Source of the DNA: Paraspadella gotoi
Lineage: Eukaryota; Animalia; Chaetognatha
Length of the DNA: 64,000 nt
NCBI GenBank assembly: GCA_051294375.1
Contig: CM119268.1
Location: 7,774,632-7,838,631 of the forward strand
Direction of reading: 5' to 3'
In this document: positions 14,483 through 63,241 of the stretch, one piece after another
Position numbering within the stretch: position 1 is the first letter of the stretch
Layout of the letters: the number at the start of each line of letters is the position of its first letter
The notes under the pieces: model-generated
Seen by the model: only the letters and a program-made list of their open reading frames with translations
Databases searched by the model: none
What the model was told of the DNA's origin: nothing
Made by a program: the position numbers and the translations under genes

Positions 14483-15854
14483 TTCGGTCAAAACCGAGAT
14501 ATCGATTTTTTCCTTACCTCAGCAATATATTTTTGCCGTTGGCCGCCAAAACTCGTTTCATGATTTCCGATGAAAGCCGAATTCGTATGAATTATGTCTT
14601 CCAGGTTCAGTTAACTAACGCTATTTAGTCAATTATTAAATAGTAAAAGAATTCCAGAGTTAACATTAAAATCTCTATCGAAGTACCGATTAAGAAAGAC
14701 TAAATCTGTCGGGCGGTTGCACTTTAATCGATGAATGTTTTTCCCTCGTCCCCAATAAACGTCATTTTAATCTCAATAAACGGGCACCGAATTAATTTTC
14801 TAATCGTTTTTTAATTCGATCCTAAATGAATCGAAATAATTTTTTAAGTATCAATTAAGTTGGGTGACGAGTCGGGAGAAAAAAGTCGTTAGCGGTTCAC
14901 CTCTGAAAAAGTCGCGTGTTTAGAGGCTTTTTGATTCTCTCGTCCGAAGGGGGAAAGAAAATTTATGAGTTGGGATAGTAAATCCGACTTATAGGACTTG
15001 GCAGTTTCGAGTAATATTTTTACTAGACGGCTTCGCAAGGAAAACAACCCGCGACTTAAGTGCCACAAAATTCCACTCTGGGGTTTTTTTTTTTTATGCC
15101 GATCGATACGACGCGCCTTTTAAACTTTATCTCTTTATTTTTTTTCATTCTCCCTGCCCTTCCCTCTTTTTCGTGCTCTTTTCAAACCCACCGTCCCATC
15201 CTCTTCCATTTTATAATTCTATCTTTCTGGTCACCTCATTTTTTTAAAATCTATTTTTCTACCTCCCGCTCTGTTTTTTTTTTATTCTTGCATTTGGTAA
15301 AATTTTTATCACTTTTCTCTTTCTTATTTATTTTTTCTTCTTCTTTTTCATCTTAATTTTGCCATTTTCTCTCGTTCCCGTTTCATTCTTCACTCGTCCT
15401 TTGCGTTTGTCCATCTGTCCCTCTCTTTCTTCTCGTAATAATTCTTTCCAATTCTTTGCGTCATTCGCCCTTCCTCCCTCCCTCCCTTCCTCTCTCTCAT
15501 TCCTTTCCTCCCTCCCTTCCTCTCCTCTCATTCCTTTCCTCCCTCCCTCCTCTCCTCTCTCCCTCCCCTTCTCTTTCCTTCCTCCTCCCTCCCTTCTCTC
15601 TCTCGTTCCTTTCCTCCGTCCCTCCCTCCCTCCTTCCTCTCTCTCATTCCCTTCCTCCCTCCCTCCCTCGATTCTTTGTTTTCCAAATGTCATGGCCATC
15701 GTTTTCGAGTAGACAGAGGACGTTTCTTCAGTGAGTATTGCCAACGACGAAAATGCGAGCTCAAGACCGGGGAAAGAAAAGAAAGAAAGAAAAAGAAGAA
15801 GAAACAAAGAAAGAAAGAAAAAAAATAAGCTAAAAGAGAAAAAAAAAAAAGAAA

Positions 15855-15887
<33 letters not shown>

Positions 15888-15889
15888 AG

Positions 15890-15932
<43 letters not shown>

Positions 15933-16533
15933 AAAGAAAGAAAGAATGAAAAAAAGAGAGAGAGAAAAGAAAACAACAACGAAAAAAAAAGGAGAACAAT
16001 ATGAAAAAAGATATTAAACATATTACAAAAAAAGTATAATTTTGCACCGAAGGCTCCCAAGATCACCCGCCATGTTTGTCCCGTTATATCAACGCGGTTC
16101 ACGTCAAATGTTAGCTAAATGTCTCCCTGTCAATTGAACGCCATTTCACTCCAACTTGCAAATTAGAACCAAACGCTCACTCATCTTCTCAAACTGCTGA
16201 ATTTATGAAGTACATTTGTATGAGCTTTAAGAATTACGCTACACATTTAACTAGTATTTTCGTTACTATTACGGCCATTGGTGCCGGAGGCAAGTCATTC
16301 GCCTCCCAACCCAAAGTCCGGGGTTCAGCCCGGTGATCGCCTAGCAATTAAGTGGACGGGGCGCTTAACACGCCTGTAACATGGTGTTACATGCCTGATA
16401 CGAAGCTCAGGGACTGCTTATATTGAAAGGTTCTGTCACTAACACATAACAATTATCATTGTCTCTTCACTATTTAAATACAATTTTGTCTCAAAATTTT
16501 TTTACTTTAAATATTTTTTCCTTTTTTTTTCAG

Positions 16534-19500
16534 AACCCCCGTTATCACTTCGCATCCACAGGACGAACGAAGACACAGTAACTGTTGGCATTGGAGTTTG
16601 AAAGTTTGATTCCTGAGAATCATTCTTGTCGATAGTGAAGTTGTTAATAACGTTAGATTATGACAACGACAAAACGAACCGATACCGAGACAACGACAAT
16701 GCAATCACCCATCCCTCCTCACTCACTCCCAGGCGTGGCAGGCGGATCGTGAGCTTCTTCTAGTCAGGCCGAAGGCCATCCGCCTCCCTACATCGAGTGG
16801 AGTGCGAAACGGGAAGAGAAAGTCAAGAGCCAACGATACATGATTATCGAGATAGAGGCTAGAAGGTGACGTATTAGGTAGTGCTTAAGCTGGGGCCGCG
16901 CGCAATTGTGGGCCGGTGGCAGAGTTCACGCATAGGGTGGTTGGCCTAGGTGGAAACCGCACGATGTTTGGGTTATTTCGCGTTCTCGGTGGTATACAGT
17001 TGATCAGTCCATACGGGATGTGAGAGGATTCAGTAAAATAGTTAAGGATTAGCAGGATATATTATTTATAGGTTACCATTTCTTGAGATACATATATATG
17101 TTATTATAAATAACTACGAGATATAGATCTATGTATTCGTATGATAGTTAGTGGACATAGACTTTCGCAAAATATTACGAGTCCTAGGATAAGCTTAACC
17201 GTATCCAGGCCTGTAAAAAGAAAATTACGGTCCCCGTGTAATGCGCCCTGCACCACTTCTAATTGCAGGGATCTACCGGTCTGGATACACACCGGAACTT
17301 TATGAGTTGGAGGCAAGAAATACCTTGCCTCCGCCCAATGGCCGGAATAAAGATAACCCGAAGAGAGTCTTAGTAAATGTTGTAGCGAATTCATTGTAAA
17401 ATGGACCTCATATACAATATGTTAACGTCCATAATCATTCACAGCAAGACATATTTGAGAAGAAGGTGGAGCGTTTGGGTTCTAATTTGAGCAAGCTATG
17501 GAGTGAAATGGCGTTCAATTTGACCCAGAGGAGATCAATTTTAGCTAGCATTGTAAACGTGGAAACCGCGTTGATAAACGGAGACATAACATGGCGGATA
17601 GATCTTGGGAAGCTACTATTCGATGCAAATTATAGCATAGTTGTATTTAGTAGATAGATATGATATTAGACTACGTAGCGTATTGCTCCCTATTTTCATA
17701 TTGTCTCCTTTTATTAGAAAAGCAAAGTAATCGTTGACAAATCTGAGCGTCGGTATAATGGTGCGCGATCGTGTCTTTCTTCTTCCTTCTCTCCGGCTCT
17801 TTTATTATTCATATCATTTTCTCTCAGGTTTTTTCGTTTCATTTCCTTAGCCCCCCATTGTGATCTCGTCATGTCATTTCTTCCTCAGTCATTTATTTTA
17901 AGTTCGTTCAGTCTCTAATGTATTCTTACTTGTGTTTTTTCTGTTTTCTTTCTCGGTCTGCAAATATTTTTCTTTCTTTTCTTTATAGTTCCATCCTTTT
18001 TTCTTCTCTTCATTCTTTCCTGTTACTTTCTTTACTGACCTATTCATACATTATTGTATCTTACATCAAATTAGTTAGCTTATTATTATTTTTTTAATTT
18101 TGCCTCGTGGCGATTTGTGCTTTCTTTCTTCTTTCTTCGTGGTCTTTTCTTTACCTGTTTTTCAACTTATGTTACCTATTTCTCTCCCTCTCCAGCTTAC
18201 TTCTCCATTTTATACCCCGGTCACTCTATTGCACTTATTTCGTTTTCTCTTTCTGCGTTTATTCCCCGTTTTGTAACTCCCTTCCAGGCGTTCCATCCTC
18301 CGCATCGACGCCTGCTGCGGTCGGGTGCGACCGCACGAGGCCGCGTACGAATGACTCGACGACAATGGTAAGTCGTGCTTCCAATCATATTTTTCCTCCC
18401 CCGCCCAACGGCCCCACACTTGCACACGCCATTTTACTATCCGGCTCCCGTTCACTTGAGTCTATCCCTATTCGTCGACCACTGCATCTGTGCCATAACC
18501 GAATAACGCTCATCTTTCCCTGGTCCTTAAAACGAACCAATCACACGCAATGCTGACGGACCATGCCAGGGGATGCGGGGAAACCCCGCCAGTCCTCGTC
18601 GGCCGCCTTAACAATCCTCACGAGGGCAGAGACGATGGGACATGCCCGACGAATCTTGTCCCGAAATCCTGCAGCATGCGCGGAGCTTGAGGGAGGCGGT
18701 GGAGAAGGGAAGGAGAGAGCCATCATGGCTGGCGGGTTACGGGCAAGAGGGGTGTAACGGTGTTTGGAGGAATAGTTGAATGCTTTCATGTCCTAGAGTA
18801 AGCGTAGTGAATATAGGAAGAGGATTGTGGTGAGTGCGCTGTTTCTAATAGGAATGAGAGAGAGGAAGTGGAGGAGGTTTGAGGTAAATGAGGTACCTAT
18901 GAGAGAGTGTGAATAGGGAGGGAAGGAAGAGAAAAAGGGAGAGAGATTAGAAAGAAATGAGAAGTATTCGTGAGAAACCTCGATTCAAAGCTTCTTATCT
19001 TCTGCATGTAATATCTAAAATCTTTGACGTTTTTACTAATTCGTTTCTTAGTTGCTTTCTTTCTTTCTTTCTTTCTTATCATTGGTCTTTCTTGATCTTG
19101 TCGGTTTCTTATCTTTCTTCGTTGTCTTTCAGGTTTCTTTCTTATCATGTCTGTGGTTATTTTCCCGTTCCGCGCGTCTAAATATTAGAGAAAAGGCAAA
19201 CCGGTTCAATCATGCTCTGCTACGGCGCGGTAACTCCTTTCTTTTTTTTTACATTTTATTGTTTCTTGTCCTTCTTTTTTTTTTTCTATCCTTCTAGTCC
19301 ACGTAAATATTCGATAAAAGGCAGGTACAGAACTCGCACGATACGAGTTTGTTCTCGGAGGTCAGCTAAAGTGGGTGAGGGAGGACAGGGCGACACTGCG
19401 CAAAAGAATTGGAAATAGTAATTGTAATTATAAAATCGTCAGAAGAAAGATGTAGGGACATCAGATCGATCATAACCTGCAAATGGATCGTTAGTGAAGT

Positions 19501-20830
19501 AATGAAATTCGTCCCGGAACGAAGAAGAAAATGGCCAAAATTATTAAGTATGAAATATCACGAAGCGTAAAACTATAAATACTTAGCACAAGTAGAAACA
19601 CAGTCTCTCCCTGACAGCACTAAAACTCCATTCTTTACCCTCAAACATCACTTCCGCCTGCCCACTATGCCTATTACACCTATAACACAAACTAGCACCA
19701 GAAAGTTTTTATAACCCACAGAAGCTCGTAACGGAATAAAGTGATTTAATAGTTATGATTGTTGAATATGATTTGATAGATTTTTCAACGAAACGAGGTC
19801 AGAAACATGAACCCGTTTAGTGTGACCAACGAAAGAATATATTGAGGGATGGGAGAGTGGGGTTTTGAAAAAGAAGCCCACATCTGAAAAGAAGAGGAAG
19901 GGCCAGAGACATGAATGATTAAGTTAAGGGCGGGCGTCAGTTATCGGCGCATAAGAAAAACAGGTGGAATTTTTGTGGCCCTTTAGTTGCCGGGTTGTTA
20001 TTCTTGCCGAAGGCGTCTAAGTAATTATTACTCGAAAACTGAAGTTCCCTATAAGTCGGATTGCTATCCCCAACTCATAAGATTTATCTTCCCCTTCGGG
20101 GACGGGATAAGCCTCTAGACATCCCGCGACTTTTTCAGAAGGAACCGCTAACGCATTATACTTTTTCCCGACATGTCACCCAACTTAATTGATACTTAAA
20201 ATATTTGATTCATTTGGGACGGGATTAAAAAAAACGAGTTAGAAAATATCGGTGCCCAGTTATGAGATTAATGACGTTTTTGGGGAGGCGAGGGAAAAAC
20301 ATTCACGATTAAAGTGCACCGCCGACAGATTTAGTATCCTATCTTAACGGTACTAAATCGATAGAGATATTAATGTTAACTCTGGATCTTACTATTTATA
20401 ATTGACTATAGCGTTAGTTAAACTGACACTGGAAGATAAATCCATACGAATTCGGCTTTCATACGTGATCCATAGAAAACAGATTTCTGGCGGCCAAACG
20501 GCAAAAATCTATTGCTGAGGTAAGGAAAAATCGATATTCGGTTTTGACCGAAGCTCTCTCTCTTACACTTCTCTCTCTCTCTCTTACTCTCTTGCTACTC
20601 TTCCTCCACTCTCTCCTCTTCTCTCCCTTCTCTCACACCCGTAATACTTAACGATTCCACTCCATCTCTCCAACCACTACCGCCCCCCCAATTCTCACTC
20701 GTTCACTCTGGCCTCCCCGCCCTCCGTGGACAGGGTTCTCCCGCGCCGTCAGGTGTATTGGCTGAAGGACTTCATTACCGGCTGGTTATCCCGATCCGCA
20801 CCCTAGATTGCATGTCTTGGACTTCACGGT
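16534..20830 (+). pseudogene. Frameshifted copy of the first five Lar Ig exons (about 16534, 16729, 18288, 18569, 20734); likely a read-error artefact rather than a real pseudogene
   Basis: Recognisable but indel-ridden copies, e.g. gtgtattggctgaaggacttcat at about 20753. Confidence 0.6.
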
Positions 20831-21794
20831 ATGAGAGGTAATAAGAGATGTCCGACTCAGCACTCCTCGCCTCGCCTTTCTTCGATTTCTCGCTCTGACT
20901 GGGGGAGAGTTCGAGAATGTCGCCGCAATGATGTACGACGACGACGATGACGACGCACGACGACGACGATGAAGACCGACGTGCTTGACAGTGGATTGAT
21001 TCCACGAGATTGACGGCAGAAATGGTGATTTGGTCGTGGCCCGATGACTTCAACGTCATTCCTTAGACATTGATGCATTTGAGAAATCGAGTGTGAACGA
21101 ACTGTTTATCTATAGGTTCTCGGTACTAAGATCAGAAATTTACTAGACTTACATTAGACATAAACTGCTGAGAGACTTCATTTCTATAAACATATGAGAT
21201 TAGGTTATCGTAAGCAGTTATCAGGATTCTTCTTCCGACGATACTTCAACATTTCAGGACTGCCGTACGACTGATATCTTAGGAATATAGGAGAGAATAA
21301 AAACTAATAGAGCCGAACTTTTGACATGAAACGGACTGACATCAAGACACAGTTATGATGTGAACTAGAGAATAGAAATAAACGGGCTTGACGAAATAGA
21401 CCCGATGATCGCATAATCTTGGCGGAGGACGACGGGCGCCAGCTTGACGACGAAATCTGACGTGCACTGTAGGAGAGATACGGACGACGAGTTCGACGAG
21501 ACTGATCGACGACGATCGCTAGCACCGGTAAGAATAGCAACTCAGCACACAACAAGCTAAATTCAAGGGATTACGAGGCTCACTCTTGTGCTAGAGTCAT
21601 GGTTTTTTTCAGTAATCTAATCGGGTGTATACGTTGATTCTCTCAATCGGTTCTGTCAATATCCGTAGTGCTTTTGCATTCTTCTATTGACTAAATGCAT
21701 TTACGAAACACGCAAGAGATCGACATTATCTCTTCTTCAAAATTCTGTTCAAGACACTATCTTATACGTCCCTCTAACCATTACTGAACTTCCT

Positions 21795-22454
21795 TGCGTT
21801 TCAAATTCCGCAAGAAAAAACCGCGCAATCTGCCCTGTCCATTAACTGTTCGACAAACTCCTGCTGTCTCTCAGACCAATGTTTTTCCAAAAATAAGATA
21901 CATGGCAACGGGGGGGAAATTTGGTGATGCTTGGGTGTTGAGGCCATCCAGGACAGCTGGCGCCTTAATTCTTTGGACGCTGCAGTGCACCTGTAAACTT
22001 GCGTGTTTATGCCTACACCATCACCACCTTTAAACCAGCGTGGACGTGAGGGTATTGAACCCGAACTCACGTGGTGAAAGAGTACATGTACTCTAAGCTG
22101 TCCAAGCCTGGGACGAAGCTGATTTAACCAAAACTATTTAACCAATACCACCATGAGGCAACACCCCTCTTCCTGGTCACCTCTGTTAGGAGGGGCCTTA
22201 AATTCCTTTACACCCTCACTTATTCATTCATTCATTTTAACGCGCTGCTTTTTTTTTCAGTTTCCCCCGTTTTCATACTCCTTCTTTTTTTTTTCTGCCC
22301 TTTGAGTTTATTCTTCCAGGGATCCGAGGCGGGACGCGTTAAATGTCGTTTTAGATCACGAGAGCGCGCCGGTGGAAGAACTAATTCAGACGAGAAACAG
22401 GCGAGAGTCGGTGAAAAGGGAAGGTGTGTGAGAGTAGAGAGAGAGAGAGAGTCC

Positions 22455-22485
<31 letters not shown>

Positions 22486-22960
22486 TGAACGAGGACGAGA
22501 AGAGAGAGACACACGAAACCAATCACCCTATTCCTGCGGCAGGCAAAAGCGAAAAATTCCAAACCGCTAATGCAACAAAATGCAACGCACGTCTCTCCAA
22601 CATATTCTCCCTTTGAATAGTTCCTTCTCGTTTTCATCCTTCTCTCTCTCTTCTCTTCTCTCTCCTCTTCCCGTCTATCACCCTCTCTCCATCTTCATCG
22701 TCTCTCTCTCTTCTCTTTTCTCTCTCTCTCTCATCTTCTCCTCTCTCTTCCTGCTTCGCAGCACTAAATCATCAGTTCCTCGCCCGTCATTCCGATCTCT
22801 CCGGTCCGCTGCTGTCTCAGTGGTGAGTTTTACCTTCTCGCTTGGGAGTTTTAATCTCAAGGCTAAGGATCAGTAGTATTTTGCCACAGCTCAGTGAATT
22901 TCACGAATTTAGATCATAGAAGCCGACTACTTTTTCCATCAATTTCGGAGGAGAAAGCCT
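21795..22960 (-). repeat. Inverted noisy copy of about 12940-14030 (likewise about 20010-20600 of 14460-15020 and about 17330-17640 of 16030-16300)
   Basis: e.g. aaaccgctaatgcaacaaaatgcaacgcacgtct at 22561 is the reverse complement of about 13253-13286. Confidence 0.88.
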
Positions 22961-24809
22961 CTTGGTCCTTTTCTGCTCCGTCTCAAATGACAACAGAATT
23001 CCTTTCGTTTAGTTTTTTCTCTCTAGGTACTACAATAAGTCTTTTTCAATTTTGTTCTCTGTTGGGTATCTTCTTTTTTTTTTTTTTTTTTTTTCGTTTA
23101 TACTTTTTTTTGTTCTCTTTTCTCTTTTTTTTTTTTTCTCTTTTTGTCTTTTTTTTTCTTTTTCCTATCTCTTTCGTTTTCTTCTTTCTCTTTTCTGCTC
23201 TTCTTTTTTTACTTTCTTTTCATGTTTTCTTTACTCTTTTTTCTTTTTTCTCTATCTCTCCTATTCTCTTTTTTGTTTTAACTGTCCTTCTCCTCGTCCT
23301 CCTATTCTCTGAGAAGTCTCCCTCTTTTTTCCACCCTCTACGCTCGTCTCAAAACACATCCATTAACTCTTCCGCTCATTAACTCCTCCACCTCTCTTCG
23401 TATCCTTCAGATAATCCTTTTCTCACTCTATTCTCTCCTATTTTTTTCCCATCACTCCTCCTTCACATTGTCCCTAGTTCTCTTCCCTTCACCTTCTCAT
23501 TTCTTCGATTCTTCGTCTGCTCTCCCGTTCTACTCCCCTGTGCTGTTTCACCTTGCTTTGTTGATCCTATCACTAACTCCGGTTCCTTTCCCGGTTTTTT
23601 TTATACCATCTTTTTTTTCATTTCTTTCGCTCTGTCGATCCGACCATTTGCGACTCGCCTCTCGCAATTCTCTCCAGCCTCTCTCTCCCTATTTCTCTCT
23701 TCACCACGTTTCCCTTTTCCTTCACTCTCCTGCTCGCCTCGCCGCCTACTCTCATCTCCGACCTCCTTGCCTCCACCCCCATCTCCTCTCTCCCACCTTC
23801 CTCTTCTCTGAGTTCACTCCCCCATCTCCTATACTTCTTTCCTCAGTCCGCTTCTCCTTCCCACATATCAGTCGTAACTCTCATCTCCCGCGCCGCGCCT
23901 CCCTCATCCAGTTCGTTCCGTCCTATGCTCGCTTTTCTTTTCTCTCTCTCGCCCTCACCTCTTCTCAAGGCTTCTTATCTTCTTTTTCCCTCCTTCTTCT
24001 CACTCTCTTGTCTCTTCCACTTCCCCTTCTTTTACCCTTCTTTTTTTTTTTTTATTTTTTTTTTTTTTTTTTTTTTTTTCTTTCTTCCTCTTTTCTTCTC
24101 CTTTCTATTCTTGTACATCAATGTCTTCTTGTTTCTCTCTCTCTAGTCTTCTCATATTCCAGTTTCGACAATATCGGTGCTGCCGTGTGTCTATTTCCTA
24201 TCCCCGACTCTCGAACGGCTTCTGATGAATTTCTTTCTCAGCAGATTCGCTCTCTCAGTTTTAAATTTCGTGGACTTTTTTTTTATATTTTTTTTTCGTG
24301 AAAGGGGGTGTTCGTTAGGATCTCGCGCGATTCCTGCTAATGCACGGTTCTCTCTTGCGCCGTAAAATCCATTTACGAAACAATAATCTCAAAAATGCAA
24401 AAGTGATGCAGCTTATTTTCACTCTCCCCCTATATTTATTTAAAGGCACACTTTACGCTCTCTAAGTCAGTTTCATTATTTTTTCACTTTTTTTACATTA
24501 TTTTTCCCCTCGAGTATGATTTTTATTACTTCGAGTTTATATTTCCATCACTTCTACATCTGGACTTCGCTCGAGCGTCGATCTCGAAGGCGAAAGCGTA
24601 AGAGTAGATTCGATCGAGGAGAGAGGGTAAGACGCAGAAAAATGCGAGGGACAAGTTTTGGAGCGTAGGTTCTGGAAACTCGGGTCCATGGAAATAGTTG
24701 GAATCGATGCATAGAAAAAATGGGTATACGTAGGGAATAAAGAAGGTTTTGAAAGTTAAGTGGTCACGTTAAATAAGATCGGAGGATCGGTCTTAATGGT
24801 CGAAATCTT

Positions 24810-24834
24810 NNNNNNNNNNNNNNNNNNNNNNNNN
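24810..24834. other. Assembly gap (25 N)
   Basis: Run of N. Confidence 1.
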
Positions 24835-25738
24835 CGTCATCGCTAAACAAGTTGTGACAATAACGAAGCAAATGTCATTATCTTTCTCGTTAAAAAGAGT
24901 CAGAAAATCTTTTCTCCTTTGATTTTTTTCTTCGTTTCTCTTCCCTTTTGTTTTTTTCGAATTTTGTTATTTGTTTTTGATTCTCGTTTTGCTGGCATCT
25001 TCCAAGACTCCAACTGACCTGAGCCATGAGAATGCAGAAAATGGTGGTCGCGAACGGCGTCGACAATCATGATCGGCTGCTCGTACAAAAACCCCATCTA
25101 TCGGCCGGACGCGTAGACGAATAAAAAAAAAATTGAAACAAAAGAGGAGCGACATGTTAACACGTTTTTTTTTTTCCGTTTTAATAAACTGTGGAGGCTT
25201 TATCCGCCTACCGTATCGTCGCCCCCCATCTTTGCTGCTCCTTTGTTTCCGCTCGCTCTATGTTTAAGTCTTTGCCTCTTTGTGTTTTTATATTCCCCCT
25301 CGCTCTCCCTGACGCTCCTTTGCTTTTGTCCTGGTTAATCCTTTGTTCCTCCGCTAAACGGCGCTTGATGAGTAGAGCCAAAAAAAAAAGAAAGACGCGG
25401 GAAAAAGCGGAGGAAAAAAGCGAGAAAAAGCGAATAGTGAATCGATTTCGCGGTAAAACATGAAAAGTAATTGGCGGAAATTTCGACAAATTTTTATTCT
25501 TTGGAGATTTGACGTCAAAGGATCGAGAGAGAGAGAGCGAATTTTTGAATTTGAATTTATTCAATGGGGCTGTAGGCACAAAAATAAAACAATAAGCCAT
25601 AAAAAGCTACTTCATTACATTAAGTCTACAATTTAGGCATTCATCATGAAATCTTTCCAATTTACAATTTATGCATGTATTTTCCCTTTGTAAGTAAGAG
25701 AGAGTGAGAGAGAGAAAGAGAGATAGAGAGAGAGAGAG

Positions 25739-25803
<65 letters not shown>

Positions 25804-26153
25804 GAGAGAGAGAGGAGAGAGAGAAAAGTTTTGTGTTTTTTAGAACGTAGAGGGGAAAAAGAGAGTTAAAAACAAAAAAAACGAAACAAAATTTAAGAAA
25901 ACTATTTAGTACTAAAATAATAAACGAAAAGATTCTTTTCATTCGTCAAAGACAAGAGGTCTTTCTCCCCAATTGAAAATTCGTCTTTCTATGATCTAAA
26001 TTTCTAATTCACTGCTGTGCAAAATCTCTATCCTTACCTTTTTGAATAAAACTCACCAACGAAAAGGAAAAAAACTCACCCACTGAAGCAGCGACCGGGA
26101 GATCGGAACGGGCAACTGATGATTTAGTGCTCAGAGGGGGAGAGAGAGAAAGA

Positions 26154-26252
<99 letters not shown>

Positions 26253-26349
26253 ATCAAGGGGAGAATATTTGGGAGACGTGCGTTGCATTTTGTTGCATTA
26301 GCGGTTTGGATTTTCGCTGCCTGCCGCAGGAATAGGGTTTGGTTCCGTT

Positions 26350-26449
<100 letters not shown>

Positions 26450-27433
26450 CACACCTTCCCCTTTTCACCACTCATCGCCTGTTTCTCGTATGAATTATTC
26501 TTCCACCGGCGCTCTCTTATCTAAACGACATTTAACGCGTCCCGCCTCGGTCCCTGGACAGAATAACTCAAAAGGCAAAAAAAAAGAAGGATATGAAACG
26601 GGGGGGGGGAAACTGAAAAAAAAAGCAGCGCGTTAAAATGAATGAATGAATAAATGAGGGTGTAAAGGAATTTAAGGCCCTCCTAACAGAGGTGACAGAA
26701 GAGGGCGTGTTGGCCAACAGTGGATGGTATTGGTTAAATAGTTTGGTTAAAATCAGCTCGTCCCATTGCTTGGACAGCTAAGTACGTACTCGTTCACCAA
26801 CCGTGAGTTCCGGTTCAATACCCTCACGGTCACGCTGTTTAAAGTGTGATGGTGTTGGCATAAACACGCAAGTTTACATGGGGTGGTTCACTGCAGGTCC
26901 AAAGACTTAAGCGCCAAGCTGTCCTGAGATGCCTCACACCCAAGGCATCAACAAATTCCCCCCGTTGCCATAGTATCTTATTTTGGAAAAACATTTTGGG
27001 GTTGGAGACAGGAGGTTTGTCAACAGTTAATGGAGGAATTGCGCGGTTTTTTTTCTTTGCGATGAAACGATAAAGTTCATAGAGTTAGAGGGGATATAAA
27101 ATTAGTTCTTAACAATTTTGAAAACATAAATTCTCTCTCTGCTTTTCCTAATCTTTAGTTCATAAATCAACCTAGATTTTCAACCGATATAATCCTTGCG
27201 ACCGATGGTGCAAAGCTTGTCGATATTCGGATAACTTCACCACCATAAACAAATTTCATCGGTCGAAAAGGCTTTTGAGCGATTACTATCTGGTCCAGGC
27301 TATTTTACCCAATCAGAAAGAGAGATCGTCAGCCAATCAGACCGCTTGACCTACTTTATTTTTCAAAGATGGCCGACGTGCATCTGCGGGACGGACAGAG
27401 GACGAACGGAGGTCACTCAATGTATGTGTGTGC

Positions 27434-27531
<98 letters not shown>

Positions 27532-28966
27532 TTTCGGTCAAAACCGAGATATCGATTTTTTCCTTACCTCAGCAATATATTTTTGCCGTTGGCCGCCAAA
27601 ACTCGTTTCATGATTTTCCGATGAAAGCCGAATTCGTATGAATTATGTCTTCCAGGTTCAGTTAACTAACGCTATTTAGTCATTATTAAATAGTAAAAGA
27701 ATTCCAGAGTTAACATTAAAATCTCTATCGAAGTACCGATTAAGAAAGACTAAATCTGTCGGGCGGTTGCACTTTAATCGATGAATGTTTTTCCCTCGTC
27801 CCCAATAACGTCATTTTAATCTCAATAAACGGGCACCGAATTAATTTTCTAATCGTTTTTTAATTCGATCCTAAATGAATCGAAATAATTTTTTAAGTAT
27901 CAATTAAGTTGGGTGACGAGTCGGGAGAAAAAAGTCGTTAGCGGTTCACCTCTGAAAAAGTCGCGTGTTTAGAGGCTTTTTGATTCTCTCGTCCGAAGGG
28001 GGAAAGAAAATTTATGAGTTGGGATAGTAAATCCGACTTATAGGACTTGGCAGTTTCGAGTAATATTTTTACTAGACGGCTTCGCAAGGAAAACAACCCG
28101 CGACTTAAGTGCCACAAAAATTCCACTCTGGGGTTTTTTTTTTTATGCCGATCGATACGACGCGCCTTTTAAACTTATCTCTTTATTTTTTTTCATTCTC
28201 CCTGCCCTTCCCTCTTTTCGTGCTCTTTTCAACCCACCGTCCCATCCTCTTCCATTTTATAATTCTATCTTTCTGGTCACCTCATTTTTTTAAATCTATT
28301 TTTCTACCTCCCGCTCTGTTTTTTTTTTATTTCTTGCATTTGGTAAAATTTTTATCACTTTTCTCTTTCTTATTTATTTTTTTCTTCTTCTTTTTCATCT
28401 TAATTTTGCCATTTTCTCTCGTTCCCGTTTCATTCTTCACTCGTCCTTTGCGTTTGTCCATCTGTCCCTCTCTTTCTTCTCGTAATAATTCTTTCCAATT
28501 CTTTGCGTCATTCGCCCTTCCTCCCTCCCTCCCTTCCTCTCTCTCATTCCTTTCCTCCCTCCCTTCCTCCCTCCCTCCCTTCCTCTCTCTCATTCCTTTC
28601 CTTCCCTCCCTTCCTCCCTCCCTTCCTCTCTCTCATTCCTTTCCTCCCTCCCTCCCTTCCTCTCTCTCATTCCTTTCCTCCTCCCTTCCCTTCCTCTTCT
28701 CTCGTTCCTTTCCTCCGTCCCTCCCTCCTCCCTTCCTCTCTCTCATTCCCTTCCTCCCTCCCTCCCTCGATTCTTTGTTTTCCAAATGTCATGGCCATCG
28801 TTTCGAGTAGACAGAGGACGTTTTCTTCAGTGAGTATTGCCAACGACGAACAATGCGAGCTCAAGACCGGGGAAAGAAAGAAAGAAAGAAAGAAAGAAGA
28901 AAAGAAACAGAAGAAAGAAAAAAAAAAAGATAAGAAAAAAAAAAAAAAGAGAAAAAAAAAAAGAAA

Positions 28967-29006
<40 letters not shown>

Positions 29007-29024
29007 AGAGAAAGAAAGAAAGAA

Positions 29025-29056
<32 letters not shown>

Positions 29057-29386
29057 ATGAAAAAAAGAGAGAGAGAAAAGAAAACAACAACGAAAAAAAA
29101 GGGAGAACAATATGAAAAAAGATATTAAACATATTACAAAAAAAGTATAATTTTGCACGAAGGCTCCCAAGATCACCCGCCATGTTTGTCCCGTTATATC
29201 AACGCGGTTTCACGTTCAAATGTTAGCTAAATGTCTCCCTGTCAAATTGAACGCCATTTCACTCCAACTTGCAAATTAGAACCAAACGCTCACTCATCTT
29301 CTCAAACTGCTGAATTTATGAAGTACATTTGTATGAGCTTTAAGAATTACGCTACACATTTAACTAGTACTTTTCGTTACTATTAC

Positions 29387-29540
29387 GGCCATTGGTGCCG
29401 GAGGCAAGTCATTCGCCTCCCAACCCAAAGGTCCGGGGTTCCAGCCCGGTGATCGCCTAGCAATTAAGTGGGACGGGGCGCTTAACACGCCTGTAACATG
29501 GTGTTACAGCCTGATACGAAGCTCAGGGACTGCTTATATT
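29387..29540 (+). mobile_element. Second tRNA-derived SINE-like element (duplicate at about 16272-16420)
   Basis: tggtgccggagg...ggggttccagccc with tRNA-like A/B box spacing; boundaries approximate. Confidence 0.35.
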
Positions 29541-29650
29541 GAAAGGTTCTGTCACTAACACATAACAATTATCATTGTCTCTTCACTATTTAAATACAAT
29601 TTTGTCTCAAAATTTTCTTTACTTTAAATATTTTTTCCTTTTTTTTTCAG

Positions 29651-63241
<33,591 letters not shown>

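Larger units (their letters stand above)
11832..24809 (+). repeat. Direct duplicate of 24835 to about 33160; near-identical up to about 16600, then very noisy; probable false duplication
   Basis: Sequence after the gap (cgtcatcgctaaacaagttg) restarts at 11832; early differences are mostly 1-nt homopolymer indels. Confidence 0.9.

Noticed and set aside
16534-20830. A second Lar paralogue or true pseudogene
   Set aside because: Indel pattern, interleaved inversions and the adjacent N gap point to a low-coverage assembly artefact
23468-24301. 277-aa plus-strand ORF
   Set aside because: Lies in garbled pyrimidine-rich sequence at the noisy contig end
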